From Anaerobutyricum sp. (GTDB lineage Bacteria; Spirochaetota; Spirochaetia; Treponematales; Treponemataceae): a stretch of DNA of 64,000 nt. A program made the translations under genes and the position numbers. The notes under the pieces were generated by a model, which was given only the letters and a program-made list of their open reading frames with translations, was not told the DNA's origin and searched no databases. The stretch lies in assembly GCA_963638805.1 (NCBI GenBank), contig CAVHTI010000005.1:9064-73063 (forward strand). The letters are read 5' to 3'. Below, piece by piece: positions 36,861-47,370 of this stretch (position 1 is its first letter; each line of letters begins with the position of its first letter).

Positions 36861-38870
36861 ATGGCAAAAACTGCAAAAATGAAACTTGTAGAACTGATGG
36901 TCCTGAAACAGGATATTTCCAAAGTTATTGAGTTTATTGGAAAAAAAGGTTCTTTTCAGTTTCAGAAAAAAGACAAAAAAACTAATAACGCTGGCGCGGA
37001 AGATGCCCAGAAAATTCTGGGTATTTCCAATGCGGATTCTCAATATTACGCAGAAATCAAAAAAATCTGTAATATTCTGGAAATAAAGGATTTGCCGGAA
37101 AATTTAAATGATTTTTCCGCTCCGGATGATCAGACAAGGGCAATGGCAAATAATCTTATTGCAGCCTATAAAGAACTGGAAGACAGAATTTCTGAGGCAA
37201 GCGACAATGTTGCAAAGGTAAATAATACTTACAAAGAGGCAATGGCATTTTCTAATCTTCAGGTTTCTTATTCTGAACTTGAACATCTTTCATTTCTTTC
37301 GCTGAAAATTGGAAAAATTCCGTCTGAAAATTTTGATGATTTGAAGGAAAGTCTTGAATCTAACGCGATTGTTGTTGCTCTTGGCGATGATAAATCTCAT
37401 ATTCTGGTGGCTTCTTCAAGGAAAGGTCGTTTTGCACTTAACACGGAACTCAAAAATCATGGTTTTGTGGAAATGGAAGTTCCTCATGATTTTAAAGGTG
37501 TGCCGGCTGATGTTCTTGAAAGTTTAAAAGCTCAAAAAGAACTTGCAGAAAAACAGATTGCTGAACTCCAGGTTGAAAAACAGAATTTTGCAGAAACTCA
37601 CAAACAGATAATTTTAAAATTGATTGGAACTTTTGCGATTGGTGTTCAGATTGCGGAAGTTGTAGATAATCTTGAGTCAACGGAACTTGTTTATCGTCTT
37701 ACAGGCTGGATTCCGGAAGCTGAATCTGAATCTTATATGAAAGGTCTTGACGAAATTACGGAAGGCAGAATTGCAATTCGTGAATTTAGCCCGATGGAAG
37801 TGCCGTCTGTAATCAACGGAAAAGAAAAAGTGCCTGTAAAACTGAATCACGGAAAATTTATTTCAAGTTTTGAACGAATGATTTTCAGTTACGGTTCGCC
37901 GGTTTACGGAACAATTGACCCAACTCCGTTTGTTGCAGTTTTCTTTACAATTTTGTTTGGATTTATGTTCGGCGATTTGGGACAGGGCCTTGTGTTTGTC
38001 CTCGCCGGAATTTTAATGCACTTTAAAATCATAAAAGTTGGCGGCTGGAACAAATTTGCCCCGATTTTTATTGCAATTGGTTGTACTTCCTCTGTGATGG
38101 GACTTTTGACGGGTGAATTCTTCAGTAATGAAACCTTGCTTGAACCGTTTGCAATGTGGGTAACTGGACTTTTTGGAAATCCTCACGCCCCGATTTTGAA
38201 GGTTATGCCGTCTTCTGATCCTAATTCAATTAAAACAATGTTTGGTGTTTTTGGCGTTGCAGTAGCGGTTGGATTTGTAATTAACAGTATTGGTCTTGTA
38301 ATCAATTTTATTAATAATATTATCCGTCGTAAGTGGGCAGATGCTTTCTTTGGAAAGAACGGTCTTGCCGGTGCAGTATTCTTCTGGTACGTTGTTGCAA
38401 CAGTTTTGCGTGTTGTTCTTGCAAAACACAAGATTGCACCTTATGACATTGTGATTTTAGCTGTTTCTTTGTTCTTTGCAGCGTTTGCAAGTCCTTTTGA
38501 AAGAGCTTTAAATCATGAAAAACCTCTGTTTGAAAATGGATTTGGAACATATCTGATTAGTTCTGTTGTAGAAGTAATTGAAGTTATTTCCGGATACCTT
38601 TCTAACACGGTAAGTTTTATTCGTGTCGGGGCATTTGCGTTGTCACACGCGGTTTTGGATTATGTAATTTATCTGTTGACCGGACTTTGTGGCGGGGCAG
38701 GTTCACCAGGCGGAATTGCAGTTCTGATTGTTGGTAACGCGCTGATTGTTGTTCTTGAAGGAATGATTGTTGCAATTCAGGTAATCCGACTTCAGTATTA
38801 TGAATTCTTCTCGAAATTCTTTAATGAAACTGGCGAAGAATTTAAACCTTTTGTATTTGAATATAAATAA
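36861..38870 (+). CDS. V-type ATPase subunit I (a-like)
   Basis: About 670 aa, with a soluble coiled N-terminal half and a polytopic C-terminal half (..RLQYYEFFSKF..). Confidence 0.85.
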   Translation: MAKTAKMKLVELMVLKQDISKVIEFIGKKGSFQFQKKDKKTNNAGAEDAQKILGISNADSQYYAEIKKICNILEIKDLPENLNDFSAPDDQTRAMANNLIAAYKELEDRISEASDNVAKVNNTYKEAMAFSNLQVSYSELEHLSFLSLKIGKIPSENFDDLKESLESNAIVVALGDDKSHILVASSRKGRFALNTELKNHGFVEMEVPHDFKGVPADVLESLKAQKELAEKQIAELQVEKQNFAETHKQIILKLIGTFAIGVQIAEVVDNLESTELVYRLTGWIPEAESESYMKGLDEITEGRIAIREFSPMEVPSVINGKEKVPVKLNHGKFISSFERMIFSYGSPVYGTIDPTPFVAVFFTILFGFMFGDLGQGLVFVLAGILMHFKIIKVGGWNKFAPIFIAIGCTSSVMGLLTGEFFSNETLLEPFAMWVTGLFGNPHAPILKVMPSSDPNSIKTMFGVFGVAVAVGFVINSIGLVINFINNIIRRKWADAFFGKNGLAGAVFFWYVVATVLRVVLAKHKIAPYDIVILAVSLFFAAFASPFERALNHEKPLFENGFGTYLISSVVEVIEVISGYLSNTVSFIRVGAFALSHAVLDYVIYLLTGLCGGAGSPGGIAVLIVGNALIVVLEGMIVAIQVIRLQYYEFFSKFFNETGEEFKPFVFEYK

Positions 38871-38905
38871 TAGTTCTTTGAACTAAAATAAATAGGAGAA
38901 TTAAA

Positions 38906-39226
38906 ATGAAAAAGAGAATTTTTTCAATCTTGGTTGTATTTGCATGTGTAACTGGAGCAATCTTTGCACAGGAATCTGGTGAAGCTGCCACAGTAGCCGT
39001 AAATCACCTTGCAATTGGTGATGGTCTTAAATACATTGCTGCTGCATTTGCCGTTGCATTTGCTTGTCTTGCCGGTGGTGGAGCAGTTGGAAAAATTGGT
39101 GCAGCAGCTATGGGTGCTATGAGCGAAAATCCTGAACTTTCTGGTAAAGCCCTTCCATTCGTTGGTCTTGCCGAAGGTATTTGTCTTTGGGGAATGCTTG
39201 TAGCCGTATTGATTCTGGTACTGTAG
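38906..39226 (+). CDS. V-type ATPase proteolipid subunit K (c-like)
   Basis: Gly/Ala-rich helical hairpin with the conserved carboxylate in GLAEGI, preceded by a signal-like N-terminal hydrophobic segment. Confidence 0.8.
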   Translation: MKKRIFSILVVFACVTGAIFAQESGEAATVAVNHLAIGDGLKYIAAAFAVAFACLAGGGAVGKIGAAAMGAMSENPELSGKALPFVGLAEGICLWGMLVAVLILVL

Positions 39227-39239
39227 TTATAAAGCAAAA

Positions 39240-39572
39240 ATGAAATTTTATATAATTGGCGAGCGGGAGCTTGTCCTGGCTTTTAAATTGACTGGCGTAA
39301 GCGGAAGTGTCGCAGAAACTCGTGCGGAAGTTCTTGATGCATTTAATCGTGTAACAGGAAAAGGCGGTTTTGCAAATCTTCCGTCCGGCGAAGTTCCGCG
39401 TGTTCTGATTTTGACGGAGCAGGCAGCCAGTCAAATTGAAGCCGAAGAAATTGAATGGCAGAAAAGCGGTAAATTTCCTCTGATTGTTGAAATTCCGGGA
39501 CTGAATGGTCACGTGGAAGGCAAAAAAACGTTGTCTGATGCAATTCGCGAGGCAATTGGGGTTAACGTTTAG
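39240..39572 (+). CDS. V-type ATPase subunit F
   Basis: MKFYIIGERELVLAFKLTGV.. is typical of subunit F. 110 aa. Confidence 0.75.
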   Translation: MKFYIIGERELVLAFKLTGVSGSVAETRAEVLDAFNRVTGKGGFANLPSGEVPRVLILTEQAASQIEAEEIEWQKSGKFPLIVEIPGLNGHVEGKKTLSDAIREAIGVNV

Positions 39573-39653
39573 TTTTTGTTCTGCCAGTTTACAGGTGTGT
39601 TTTTATTTTTTTACAAGACACACTGTTTCTTCACCTTTCTAAAGGATTTTAAT

Positions 39654-40292
39654 ATGAATGAATTAAGATCAACTGAGATTCTGGATAAAGAAATTCATGC
39701 TGATGCTGTAAAAAAGGTTGAAAAAATTTTACAGAAAGCTGACTCAGAATGTAAGGAAATTCTTGCTTCTGTAGATGCGGGAATTCAAAAAGCCAGCGCA
39801 GATAAAGATGAATTTTATGCAAAAAAACTTGAAGCTTTTGAAAAAGATCAGACGGCTTCTATTCCTCTTGAAAAAGAACGTTTTGAAGTTTCTTTTATTC
39901 AGAGTGAAATTTGCAAAAATATTAATGAATATTTGAATACACTCGGCGAAGAAAAAAGAATTGAACTTGTGTTAAAGCAGTTTGATTTTTCATCTGAAGC
40001 TGTTAAAGATAAAAAAATTCGCGCTTATGTTTATGGTTTTGATGTAGAAAAAATCAAAAAGGTTCTGACTGAAAAATTTGGAAAAAATCTGACTTCTTGT
40101 GAAAAAACTGAATTCGGAAAAATCAGTATTGAAGCAGAAATCTTGGACAAACCGGAAGGAATTATTCTTGAAACAGAAGATAAATCTTTGCGTTTAAGAC
40201 TTACTTTAAGCGAAGTTATTTCTAATCTTCTGGACAAACATCGTGGCGCTTTGAGTGAAGCTTTGTTTGGTAGTAAGGGAGGTGCGGCATGA
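39654..40292 (+). CDS. V-type ATPase subunit E
   Basis: A charged N-terminal helix ([25 protein letters not shown]) followed by a globular C-terminal domain. The ORF-track start 39576 was trimmed to ATG 39654. Confidence 0.7.
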   Translation: MNELRSTEILDKEIHADAVKKVEKILQKADSECKEILASVDAGIQKASADKDEFYAKKLEAFEKDQTASIPLEKERFEVSFIQSEICKNINEYLNTLGEEKRIELVLKQFDFSSEAVKDKKIRAYVYGFDVEKIKKVLTEKFGKNLTSCEKTEFGKISIEAEILDKPEGIILETEDKSLRLRLTLSEVISNLLDKHRGALSEALFGSKGGAA

Positions 40293-42049
40293 TAGAAGGT
40301 AGAATTACCCGTATTTCAGGTCCTATTGTTTATGCTGAAGGACTTGACGGCTGCGGTCTTTACGACGTTGTTGACGTTGGCGAAAAAAAACTTATTGGCG
40401 AAATTATCCGCCAGAATAAAGGAAATGCCACGATTCAGGTTTACGAGGAAGACACCGGTATGCACATTGGGGAAAAGGTTGTTTGTACACAGCGACCGCT
40501 TTCTTTGCGACTTGGACCGGGCCTTGTAGGAAATATTTACGATGGTATTCAGCGACCTTTGCAGTCAATGTATGAAACTTCCGGTGATTTTTTGTTGCCG
40601 GGTGAGCGTACTGAACCTCTTGCTGTAAATAAAAAGTGGCATTTTGATGCAGTCGAAGGCATTGGCGAAGGTACAGAAATTGTGCCGGGCTTTGTTCTTG
40701 GAACTGTAAAAGAAACTGAATCAATTACTCAGAAGATTATGGTTCCTTCTGATATTCGCGGTAAAAAATTAAAAAGTTTTACCGGAAGTGGTGATTTTAC
40801 GGTTGATGAAGTAATTGCCACTACAGAATTTGATGAAGAAATCAAACTGTCACATTATTGGGCGGTGCGTGTCCCTCGTCCATATTCTGCAAAACTTGCC
40901 GTTACAGAACCTTTGATTACCGGTCAGCGTGTTATTGATGTTTTCTTCCCGCTTTCTAAGGGTGGAACGGCCGCAATTCCTGGTGGATTTGGTACAGGAA
41001 AAACTATGACTCAGCATGCCATTGCAAAGTGGTGTGATGCAGATTTGATTGTTTACATTGGTTGCGGTGAACGTGGAAACGAAATGACAGAAGTTCTTTC
41101 TGAATTCCCGGCCCTTATTGACCCGCGAACCGGTCGTTCAATCATGGAACGTACAATTCTCATTGCAAATACTTCTAATATGCCGGTTGCGGCGCGTGAA
41201 GTTTCACTTTATTCGGGAATTACCCTTGCAGAATATTTCCGTGATATGGGAATGACAGTCGCAATCATGGCAGATTCTACTTCGCGATGGGCAGAAGCGT
41301 TGCGTGAACTTTCCGGCCGTATGGAAGAAATGCCGGCGGAGGAAGGATTCCCTGCATATTTGCCAACTCGACTTGCATCATTCTATGAACGTGCCGGCCG
41401 TGTAAAAACTTTAAGTCAGGTTGAAGGTTCAGTTTCCATTATTGGTGCAGTTTCGCCACCGGGCGGTGACTTTTCTGAGCCGGTAACTCAGCATACTAAG
41501 CGTTTTATCCGTTGTTTCTGGGCGCTGGACAGGGAACTTGCAAATGCCCGTCACTATCCTGCAATTGGTTGGATAGATTCTTATTCCGAATATGCTGATG
41601 AAGTAAAAGACTGGTGGGAAGTTCACAATCCTCTTTGGGCACAATTGCGTCAGGAAGCTCTTGATTTGCTCAAGGAAGAACAGAAATTGCAGCAGATTGT
41701 TCGTCTTGTTGGACCGGATGCTTTGCCGGACAGTCAGCGACTTCTTCTTAAAGTTGCAGAAATGATTAAAAACGGATTTTTGCAGCAGAATGCTTTTGAT
41801 GATGTTGATAAATATTGTTCTTCAGAAAAACAGATTAAGATTATTGAACTTATGATGCTTTACTACAAACGAGCTCTTGAGTGCGTTAAAAATGGCGCTC
41901 CATTGCCAAATGTCGTAAATCTTCCGGTTTGTGAAGAACTTGTCCGAATCAAAACTGCTTACACAAATGAAGAAATGGACAAAATTGAAAGTGTAAGGGA
42001 TCACCTTGATGCCCAGCTTGGTGAACTGGAACGCACATATTGCAGATAG
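40289..42049 (+). CDS. V-type ATPase catalytic subunit A
   Basis: Walker [10 protein letters not shown] and a non-homologous insert region. 586 aa. Confidence 0.95.
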   Translation: MIEGRITRISGPIVYAEGLDGCGLYDVVDVGEKKLIGEIIRQNKGNATIQVYEEDTGMHIGEKVVCTQRPLSLRLGPGLVGNIYDGIQRPLQSMYETSGDFLLPGERTEPLAVNKKWHFDAVEGIGEGTEIVPGFVLGTVKETESITQKIMVPSDIRGKKLKSFTGSGDFTVDEVIATTEFDEEIKLSHYWAVRVPRPYSAKLAVTEPLITGQRVIDVFFPLSKGGTAAIPGGFGTGKTMTQHAIAKWCDADLIVYIGCGERGNEMTEVLSEFPALIDPRTGRSIMERTILIANTSNMPVAAREVSLYSGITLAEYFRDMGMTVAIMADSTSRWAEALRELSGRMEEMPAEEGFPAYLPTRLASFYERAGRVKTLSQVEGSVSIIGAVSPPGGDFSEPVTQHTKRFIRCFWALDRELANARHYPAIGWIDSYSEYADEVKDWWEVHNPLWAQLRQEALDLLKEEQKLQQIVRLVGPDALPDSQRLLLKVAEMIKNGFLQQNAFDDVDKYCSSEKQIKIIELMMLYYKRALECVKNGAPLPNVVNLPVCEELVRIKTAYTNEEMDKIESVRDHLDAQLGELERTYCR

Positions 42050-42071
42050 AACTGCATAGGAGACTATTGAA

Positions 42072-43445
42072 ATGAAAGGAATAGAATACAGAGGCGTTAC
42101 ATCAGTAGATGGTCCAATTGTTGTTCTAAAAAGAACCGAAAATGTTTTTTATAACGAAACGGTTTATGTTCGCGACCGTTATGGCCAGAAACGAACCGGA
42201 AAAGTTGTTGATATTTCTGGTAAAGCGGTAATTGTACAGGTTTTTGGAAGTACAACCGGCCTTGATCTTGATGATTCTACTTTTGAATTTTTGCAGGAGC
42301 CACTTGAACTTCGTGTTGGCGAAGGACTTTTGGGACGTGTTTTTAACGGTCTTGGCGAGCCAATTGACGGTTACCCTCCGATTATTTCGGATAAAAAACT
42401 GAACGTAAACGGAAATCCTATAAATCCGTTCGCACGAGTTTATCCGCGTGACTTTATTCAGACAGGAATCTCTGCAATTGACGGTATGAACTCGCTTGTT
42501 CGTGGTCAAAAACTCCCGATTTTTTCTGGAAACGGACTTCCGCATAATAAACTTGCCGCTCAGATTATTCGTCAGGCAAAGCTGCGCAACAGTGATGAAC
42601 AGTTTGTAATGGTTTTTGCCGGAATGGGAATTAAATACGACGTTGCAAAATTCTTCATTGATACTTTTGAAGAATCTGGTGTTCTTTCAAAGGTTGTTAT
42701 GTTCCAGTCTCTGGCTGATGCCCCGTCCATTGAACGAACAATTACTCCGCGTTGTGCTTTAACTGCGGCAGAATATCTTGCGTTTGAAAAAGGAATGCAC
42801 GTTCTTGTAGTTATGACTGATATGACAAACTATTGTGAAGCGTTGCGTGAAATTTCTACAACTCGTGGTGAAGTTCCTGGACGAAAAGGTTACCCAGGAT
42901 ACCTTTATTCTGACCTTGCCGAACTTTATGAAAGAGCCGGCCGTGTAAAAGGTTCAAAGGGTTCAATCACTCAGATTCCAATTTTGACAATGCCTAACGA
43001 CGATATTTCGCACCCAATTCCAGACTTGACCGGATACATTACGGAAGGTCAGATTGTAATTGGCCGTGAATTAAGTCAGCAGGGAATTTACCCGGGCGTA
43101 AGTTCATTGCCATCGCTCAGTCGTTTGATGAAAGACGGTATTGGCCCAGAAATGACTCGCGAAGATCATGCAAATGTTTCTTCCCAGCTTTTCGCGGCAT
43201 ATTCAAAGGTAAAGTCAATCAGAAACCTTGCTGCAATCATTGGTGAAGAAGAATTGAGTGACCTTGACCGTAAATATCTTAAATTTGGCGAAAGATTTGA
43301 AAATGAATTCCTTTCTCAAGGTGAATATGAGGAAAGAACCATTGAAAGAACTCTGGAAATTGCCTGGGATGTTTTAAAAGAACTTCCGCGCGAAGAACTT
43401 ACCCGAATCAAGCCTGAGTTCATTGATAAATACGGAAAATTTTAG
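42072..43445 (+). CDS. V-type ATPase subunit B
   Basis: 457 aa. Typical B-subunit motifs ([23 protein letters not shown]). Confidence 0.95.
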   Translation: MKGIEYRGVTSVDGPIVVLKRTENVFYNETVYVRDRYGQKRTGKVVDISGKAVIVQVFGSTTGLDLDDSTFEFLQEPLELRVGEGLLGRVFNGLGEPIDGYPPIISDKKLNVNGNPINPFARVYPRDFIQTGISAIDGMNSLVRGQKLPIFSGNGLPHNKLAAQIIRQAKLRNSDEQFVMVFAGMGIKYDVAKFFIDTFEESGVLSKVVMFQSLADAPSIERTITPRCALTAAEYLAFEKGMHVLVVMTDMTNYCEALREISTTRGEVPGRKGYPGYLYSDLAELYERAGRVKGSKGSITQIPILTMPNDDISHPIPDLTGYITEGQIVIGRELSQQGIYPGVSSLPSLSRLMKDGIGPEMTREDHANVSSQLFAAYSKVKSIRNLAAIIGEEELSDLDRKYLKFGERFENEFLSQGEYEERTIERTLEIAWDVLKELPREELTRIKPEFIDKYGKF

Positions 43446-43502
43446 TTTTTAGAATTTTTTGTGAGGCAATGCCTTGTTGTTTTTTGAGTAAGGAATGTAT
43501 TT

Positions 43503-44126
43503 ATGGCAAAACTAAATGTTGCACCAACAAAGTCAAATCTGCTTTCCATAAAAGAACAGCTTACAGTTTCTACAAATGGATACGAATTGCTTGAAGAAAA
43601 GCGAGAAATTCTTGTCCGCGAGCTTATGCATCTGGTAGAAAAGGTTAAGCTTCTGGAAAAAGAAATTGACAAGGTAATAGGCGAGGCTTATCCTGCATTT
43701 AGAAGGATGCTGATGCTTGACGGTGCGGATCAGATAGAAAGAATTGCACACGCAGTTCATTATGAATTTGATATGACCGAAAAAAAGATGGTTATTGGGG
43801 GTATGCCATTTTCTTCAATGGACGTTGTTCTTCCAGAAAAAGAACTGTTTTATTCGTTCATTGGAACTTATGCTAATACTGATGAAACCATCAATAAATT
43901 TTTTGAATTGCTTTCCCTGCTTACTCAGATGGCTTCAATCAGAACAATTGTATGGCGCCTTGCAGAAGAAGTTAAAAAAACTCAGCGACGTGTAAACGCA
44001 CTGGACAAAATGATAATTCCGCAGGCAGAAGAAACAAAAAAATACATTGAAAGCGTACTTGAAGAGCGCGAAAGGGATAACACTTTTGTCCTGAAGTCTC
44101 TGAAAAAGCGCAATAATAAGATGTAA
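43503..44126 (+). CDS. V-type ATPase subunit D
   Basis: MAKLNVAPTKSNLL...LLEEKREIL is the characteristic D-subunit N-terminus. Confidence 0.9.
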   Translation: MAKLNVAPTKSNLLSIKEQLTVSTNGYELLEEKREILVRELMHLVEKVKLLEKEIDKVIGEAYPAFRRMLMLDGADQIERIAHAVHYEFDMTEKKMVIGGMPFSSMDVVLPEKELFYSFIGTYANTDETINKFFELLSLLTQMASIRTIVWRLAEEVKKTQRRVNALDKMIIPQAEETKKYIESVLEERERDNTFVLKSLKKRNNKM

Positions 44127-44158
44127 AAGTCTAAAAAAGCATCGGGGTGCATAAGAAT

Positions 44159-44656
44159 ATGGCAAAAAAATTTTTTAAGAAAATTATAGTTGCAGTCAAT
44201 GGCCGTCAGTCTTCCGTTCATGCGGCAATGTACGGAATTATGATGGCTAGGACTTATGGTCTTGAGCTGAAATTTGTTTATGTAGTTGATACAGCTACCA
44301 TAAAATATCTTTCTATGAACAAACTTTTGATTACAGACGAAAAAGTTGATTTTGAAGAAAGATTAAAGGATGATGGTCAGCACTATTTGAATTATGCCAG
44401 CATGATAGCCGCCACAAAAGGTGTAAAATCTGAAACGGAATTGAGATGTGGCGGCGTTTTTACGGAAATTATAAATGCTGCAGAAGAATATGAAGCAGAT
44501 CTTATAATTCTTGGTGGAAACGAAAAAGAAAGTCAGAACGGCGGAATAAGACGGGCAGTTGTTGGTAATGACAAAAATGATATTCTGAACAATGCAAAAT
44601 GCCCTGTCCTAGTTGTTCAAAAAGATGATATTGAGGCAGTTTTCAAAATTTTCTAA
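44159..44656 (+). CDS. Universal stress protein (UspA family)
   Basis: KKIIVAVNG..., DLIILGG and VLVV are typical Usp motifs. Confidence 0.8.
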   Translation: MAKKFFKKIIVAVNGRQSSVHAAMYGIMMARTYGLELKFVYVVDTATIKYLSMNKLLITDEKVDFEERLKDDGQHYLNYASMIAATKGVKSETELRCGGVFTEIINAAEEYEADLIILGGNEKESQNGGIRRAVVGNDKNDILNNAKCPVLVVQKDDIEAVFKIF

Positions 44657-44665
44657 AATAAAACA

Positions 44666-45424
44666 ATGATAGATTGTTATAAAATTCTGAATGTCAGACA
44701 GAATGCAACGCTAACCGAAATTAAGCGCGCTTACCGCAAAAAAGTAAAGCTTTTGCATCCTGATTCTTCTGGGGATGTCAGCAAGAGTGAAGAATTTAAC
44801 GAAGTTGTGCAGGCTTACAGAATTCTTTCTGACAGTCGTGAACGGAATATTTTTGACGAATCCTTTTTTTCACAACTAAAGCGCAAGAACGTAAATTTAA
44901 ATTCCTTTGATTATTATAAGTGGCTGAATGAACGCCAGGACGAAGAAAGTCGCGCAAAGTTGATTTTTTACACTTTGATGCATGGGCGCGAGGACGAAGC
45001 CGTTGCAGAATTTAAACGAATGCAGATGAATCACAGTGATTTTAGTTTAAAAAAATGGTTCAGCCGTGAAGATTTTATGGATTACGGTTATATTTTGTGC
45101 GAAGAACTGGTTTTGCGCGCGGAATATTACGACGCCTTTATCCTTCTTGAGCAGATAATCAAGATGGAATATTCATATTCTTATTTTTATATATTTTTTC
45201 CGGAAGTTATTGATTTTACTTTGAATATTTTAAAACACAATATTGACGGCGTTATTTCTGATGAACTTGCCCTTGATGTTTATGAACGCGCCCTTGATTT
45301 GCAGTTTGGCAAGACAAATGATTTGTTTTTTCTGGAAAAAATGGCAGAAGAATACGAACGTCTTGGTGACTTTGCAATGGCCGAAGCTTGCAGAAAGGTG
45401 CAGACGAACGGAAAATTTGTTTAA
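44666..45424 (+). CDS. J-domain (DnaJ-like) protein
   Basis: N-terminal J domain CYKILNV...EIKRAYRKKVKLLHPD with the HPD tripeptide. The remainder is helical with no Zn-finger. Confidence 0.75.
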   Translation: MIDCYKILNVRQNATLTEIKRAYRKKVKLLHPDSSGDVSKSEEFNEVVQAYRILSDSRERNIFDESFFSQLKRKNVNLNSFDYYKWLNERQDEESRAKLIFYTLMHGREDEAVAEFKRMQMNHSDFSLKKWFSREDFMDYGYILCEELVLRAEYYDAFILLEQIIKMEYSYSYFYIFFPEVIDFTLNILKHNIDGVISDELALDVYERALDLQFGKTNDLFFLEKMAEEYERLGDFAMAEACRKVQTNGKFV

Positions 45425-45489
45425 AATCGTGCTGGTTAGTGCGAACTAACATAAAAATCTAGTCATTTATTTTAATTAGTGCTAAAATT

Positions 45490-45590
45490 GGGGCGTTGCG
45501 GGGCCAAATGGAAAATAGATTGCCCCGCTAGAAGGGGTAGCGAGCAACGAAGTGCGAGCGAGGGGAAGGCTTTCCCCGCCTTTGCAAATT
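45490..45590. repeat. Probable divergent member of the dispersed element family (copy F)
   Basis: Starts GGGGCGTTGCGGGG. Hairpins are GCGGGGC..GCCCCGC and GGGGAA..TTCCCC, with GCGAGCAACGAAGTGCGAGCGAGG and ..CCTTTGCAAATT resembling copies B and E. Orientation is uncertain. Confidence 0.4.
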
Positions 45591-45612
45591 ATAAGTTGTT
45601 TCTGAAAGATTT

Positions 45613-46419
45613 ATGATTCATTTAAAGACAGAAGAACAGATTAACGGAATTAGAAAAGCTTGCCATTTGACGGCGGATATGTTTAATGAGATTATCCCAA
45701 AAATTCACAGCGGAATGAGTACTTGGGAAATTGACCAGCTTTTTAAGAAATTTATTGAAGGTCACGGTGGAACGCCGGCGTGGTATCACGAAGATTATCC
45801 GGGGGCTGTTTGCATTAGCGTAAATGAACAGGTTATTCACGGTTTGCCAAGTAAAAAACGCATTGTGCAGAATGGCGACCTTGTGAGTCTTGATGTTGGA
45901 ATTGATTTGGACGGATATATAAGTGACACGACTCATTCGCTTTTGATTGGCGATAAGGTGCCGGCAAAGGTTCGGGAATTGCAGAAAGTTACGGCAGAAT
46001 GTCTTAAAGCGGGAATTGAAGCGTGCAAAGTTGGAAACAGAATTAGTGACGTGGCAAATGCGGTTTATGATATTGCGGTTGCTCACGGTTATGGCGTTGT
46101 TTCTGATTATTGCGGACACGGAGTTGGCCTTGATGTTCACGAAGATCCTAGTATTCCAAACTGTCCGTTCCGCGGAATGAATCCTAGAATTAAGCCGGGA
46201 ATGGTACTTGCCATTGAACCTATGATAAATCTGGGCACTGCCGATGTTGAAGTTTTAAAAGACGGTTGGACGGTTGTGACTTGTGACAGAAAAGTTTCTT
46301 GCCACGAAGAGCACACGGTTGCGGTTTTTGAAGATCACACGGAAGTTTTGACTGCCTTGGATTACAACGGAAAGAGTTATTTAAAAGACAATTCTGATAT
46401 AAGCGTTACTTATTTTTAA
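45613..46419 (+). CDS. map: Type I methionine aminopeptidase
   Basis: 268 aa. Metal-ligand contexts VIHGLP, DVGIDLDGYISD, GHGVG, EPM and EHT. Confidence 0.95.
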   Translation: MIHLKTEEQINGIRKACHLTADMFNEIIPKIHSGMSTWEIDQLFKKFIEGHGGTPAWYHEDYPGAVCISVNEQVIHGLPSKKRIVQNGDLVSLDVGIDLDGYISDTTHSLLIGDKVPAKVRELQKVTAECLKAGIEACKVGNRISDVANAVYDIAVAHGYGVVSDYCGHGVGLDVHEDPSIPNCPFRGMNPRIKPGMVLAIEPMINLGTADVEVLKDGWTVVTCDRKVSCHEEHTVAVFEDHTEVLTALDYNGKSYLKDNSDISVTYF

Positions 46420-46429
46420 TATTGGGCCT

Positions 46430-47242
46430 ATGACTGCTGTAGAAATAATGCCGTTTCTTGCATTTTTGACTGAAGATTGCGACCGTAAGGCGTATATTCA
46501 GCAGTTTTTAACGCAAAACGGAGTTGATTCTGCAATTCTTTCGCTTGCCGGAAAAAATCATATTTACGTGAAGTTTCCTCAAAATCAATATGATTCAATG
46601 TTTAAAATAAAAACCGTGATTGCGCATTATGACCGGGTTGAAGGAAGTCCCGGTGCAAATGATAATTCGGCGGCGGTTTTTTGCATTATGAACTGGGCAG
46701 TACGACTTTTTAAAATGAATTTTGCCCATAATGTAAGGATTATTTTTACTGACGGCGAAGAACTTGGCGAAAACGGAATTCAAGAGCAGGGGGCCTTTGA
46801 GCTTGCCAAAGTTTACAAAAAACTTGGAATTACGGACGACGAAATTTATGTTTTTGACAGTATGGGGCGCGGAAATGTCCCGATTATCTGTCAGTATGAT
46901 TTGCCGCCCGCAATGGATAAAACTTTTTTGAGTCATCTTAATTCTCTGGAAAATAAAGTTACAAGACTTTTGAGTTCTGCCTGCAACGGCCGTTATTTTA
47001 AACTAAAGTGTAATTACAGCGACAACGCAAGTTTTCTTGTTAACGGGATTCCTTCTGTGGCCGTGACCATGCTGCCGTCTTTGGAAGTTGAAAATTATGT
47101 TAAAAACGGCGAAATTCCTTTGACCTGGCGGAAATTTCATACAAAAGATGATGATTTTTTTAGTCTTGATAGTGAAAGTTTTGATTTATTCGGAAAGATT
47201 CTTGATAATCTGGCCGTGCAAAAAACAATTACAGAAATCTAA
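46430..47242 (+). CDS. M28-like Zn-peptidase family protein (tentative)
   Basis: HYDRVEGSPGANDNSAAV and FTDGEELG resemble M28 metal-ligand motifs. Confidence 0.45.
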   Translation: MTAVEIMPFLAFLTEDCDRKAYIQQFLTQNGVDSAILSLAGKNHIYVKFPQNQYDSMFKIKTVIAHYDRVEGSPGANDNSAAVFCIMNWAVRLFKMNFAHNVRIIFTDGEELGENGIQEQGAFELAKVYKKLGITDDEIYVFDSMGRGNVPIICQYDLPPAMDKTFLSHLNSLENKVTRLLSSACNGRYFKLKCNYSDNASFLVNGIPSVAVTMLPSLEVENYVKNGEIPLTWRKFHTKDDDFFSLDSESFDLFGKILDNLAVQKTITEI

Positions 47243-47254
47243 AAATTACAATTA

Positions 47255-47283
47255 TTGACTTTACGTACTTCTATATTTAAAAT
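47255..47283 (+). promoter_or_regulatory. Candidate promoter for the topoisomerase B-subunit gene
   Basis: TTGACT, 17-nt spacer, TAAAAT. Confidence 0.35.
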
Positions 47284-47370
47284 TAACGATACGACTTTTT
47301 AGTGCAAACGTCCAAAAAACTGAATTTTTTTGAAGGTTTGCTTTAGTCACAAACAAAACGGGTGGGAAAA

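Noticed and set aside
42126-42545. 139-aa ORF antisense to V-ATPase subunit B. The same applies to 39117-39512, antisense to the K/F subunits.
   Set aside because: Nested antisense to strongly supported genes, so judged spurious.
45622-46140. 172-aa ORF antisense to map.
   Set aside because: It is fully nested in the opposite strand of a conserved housekeeping gene. No motifs and no RBS.
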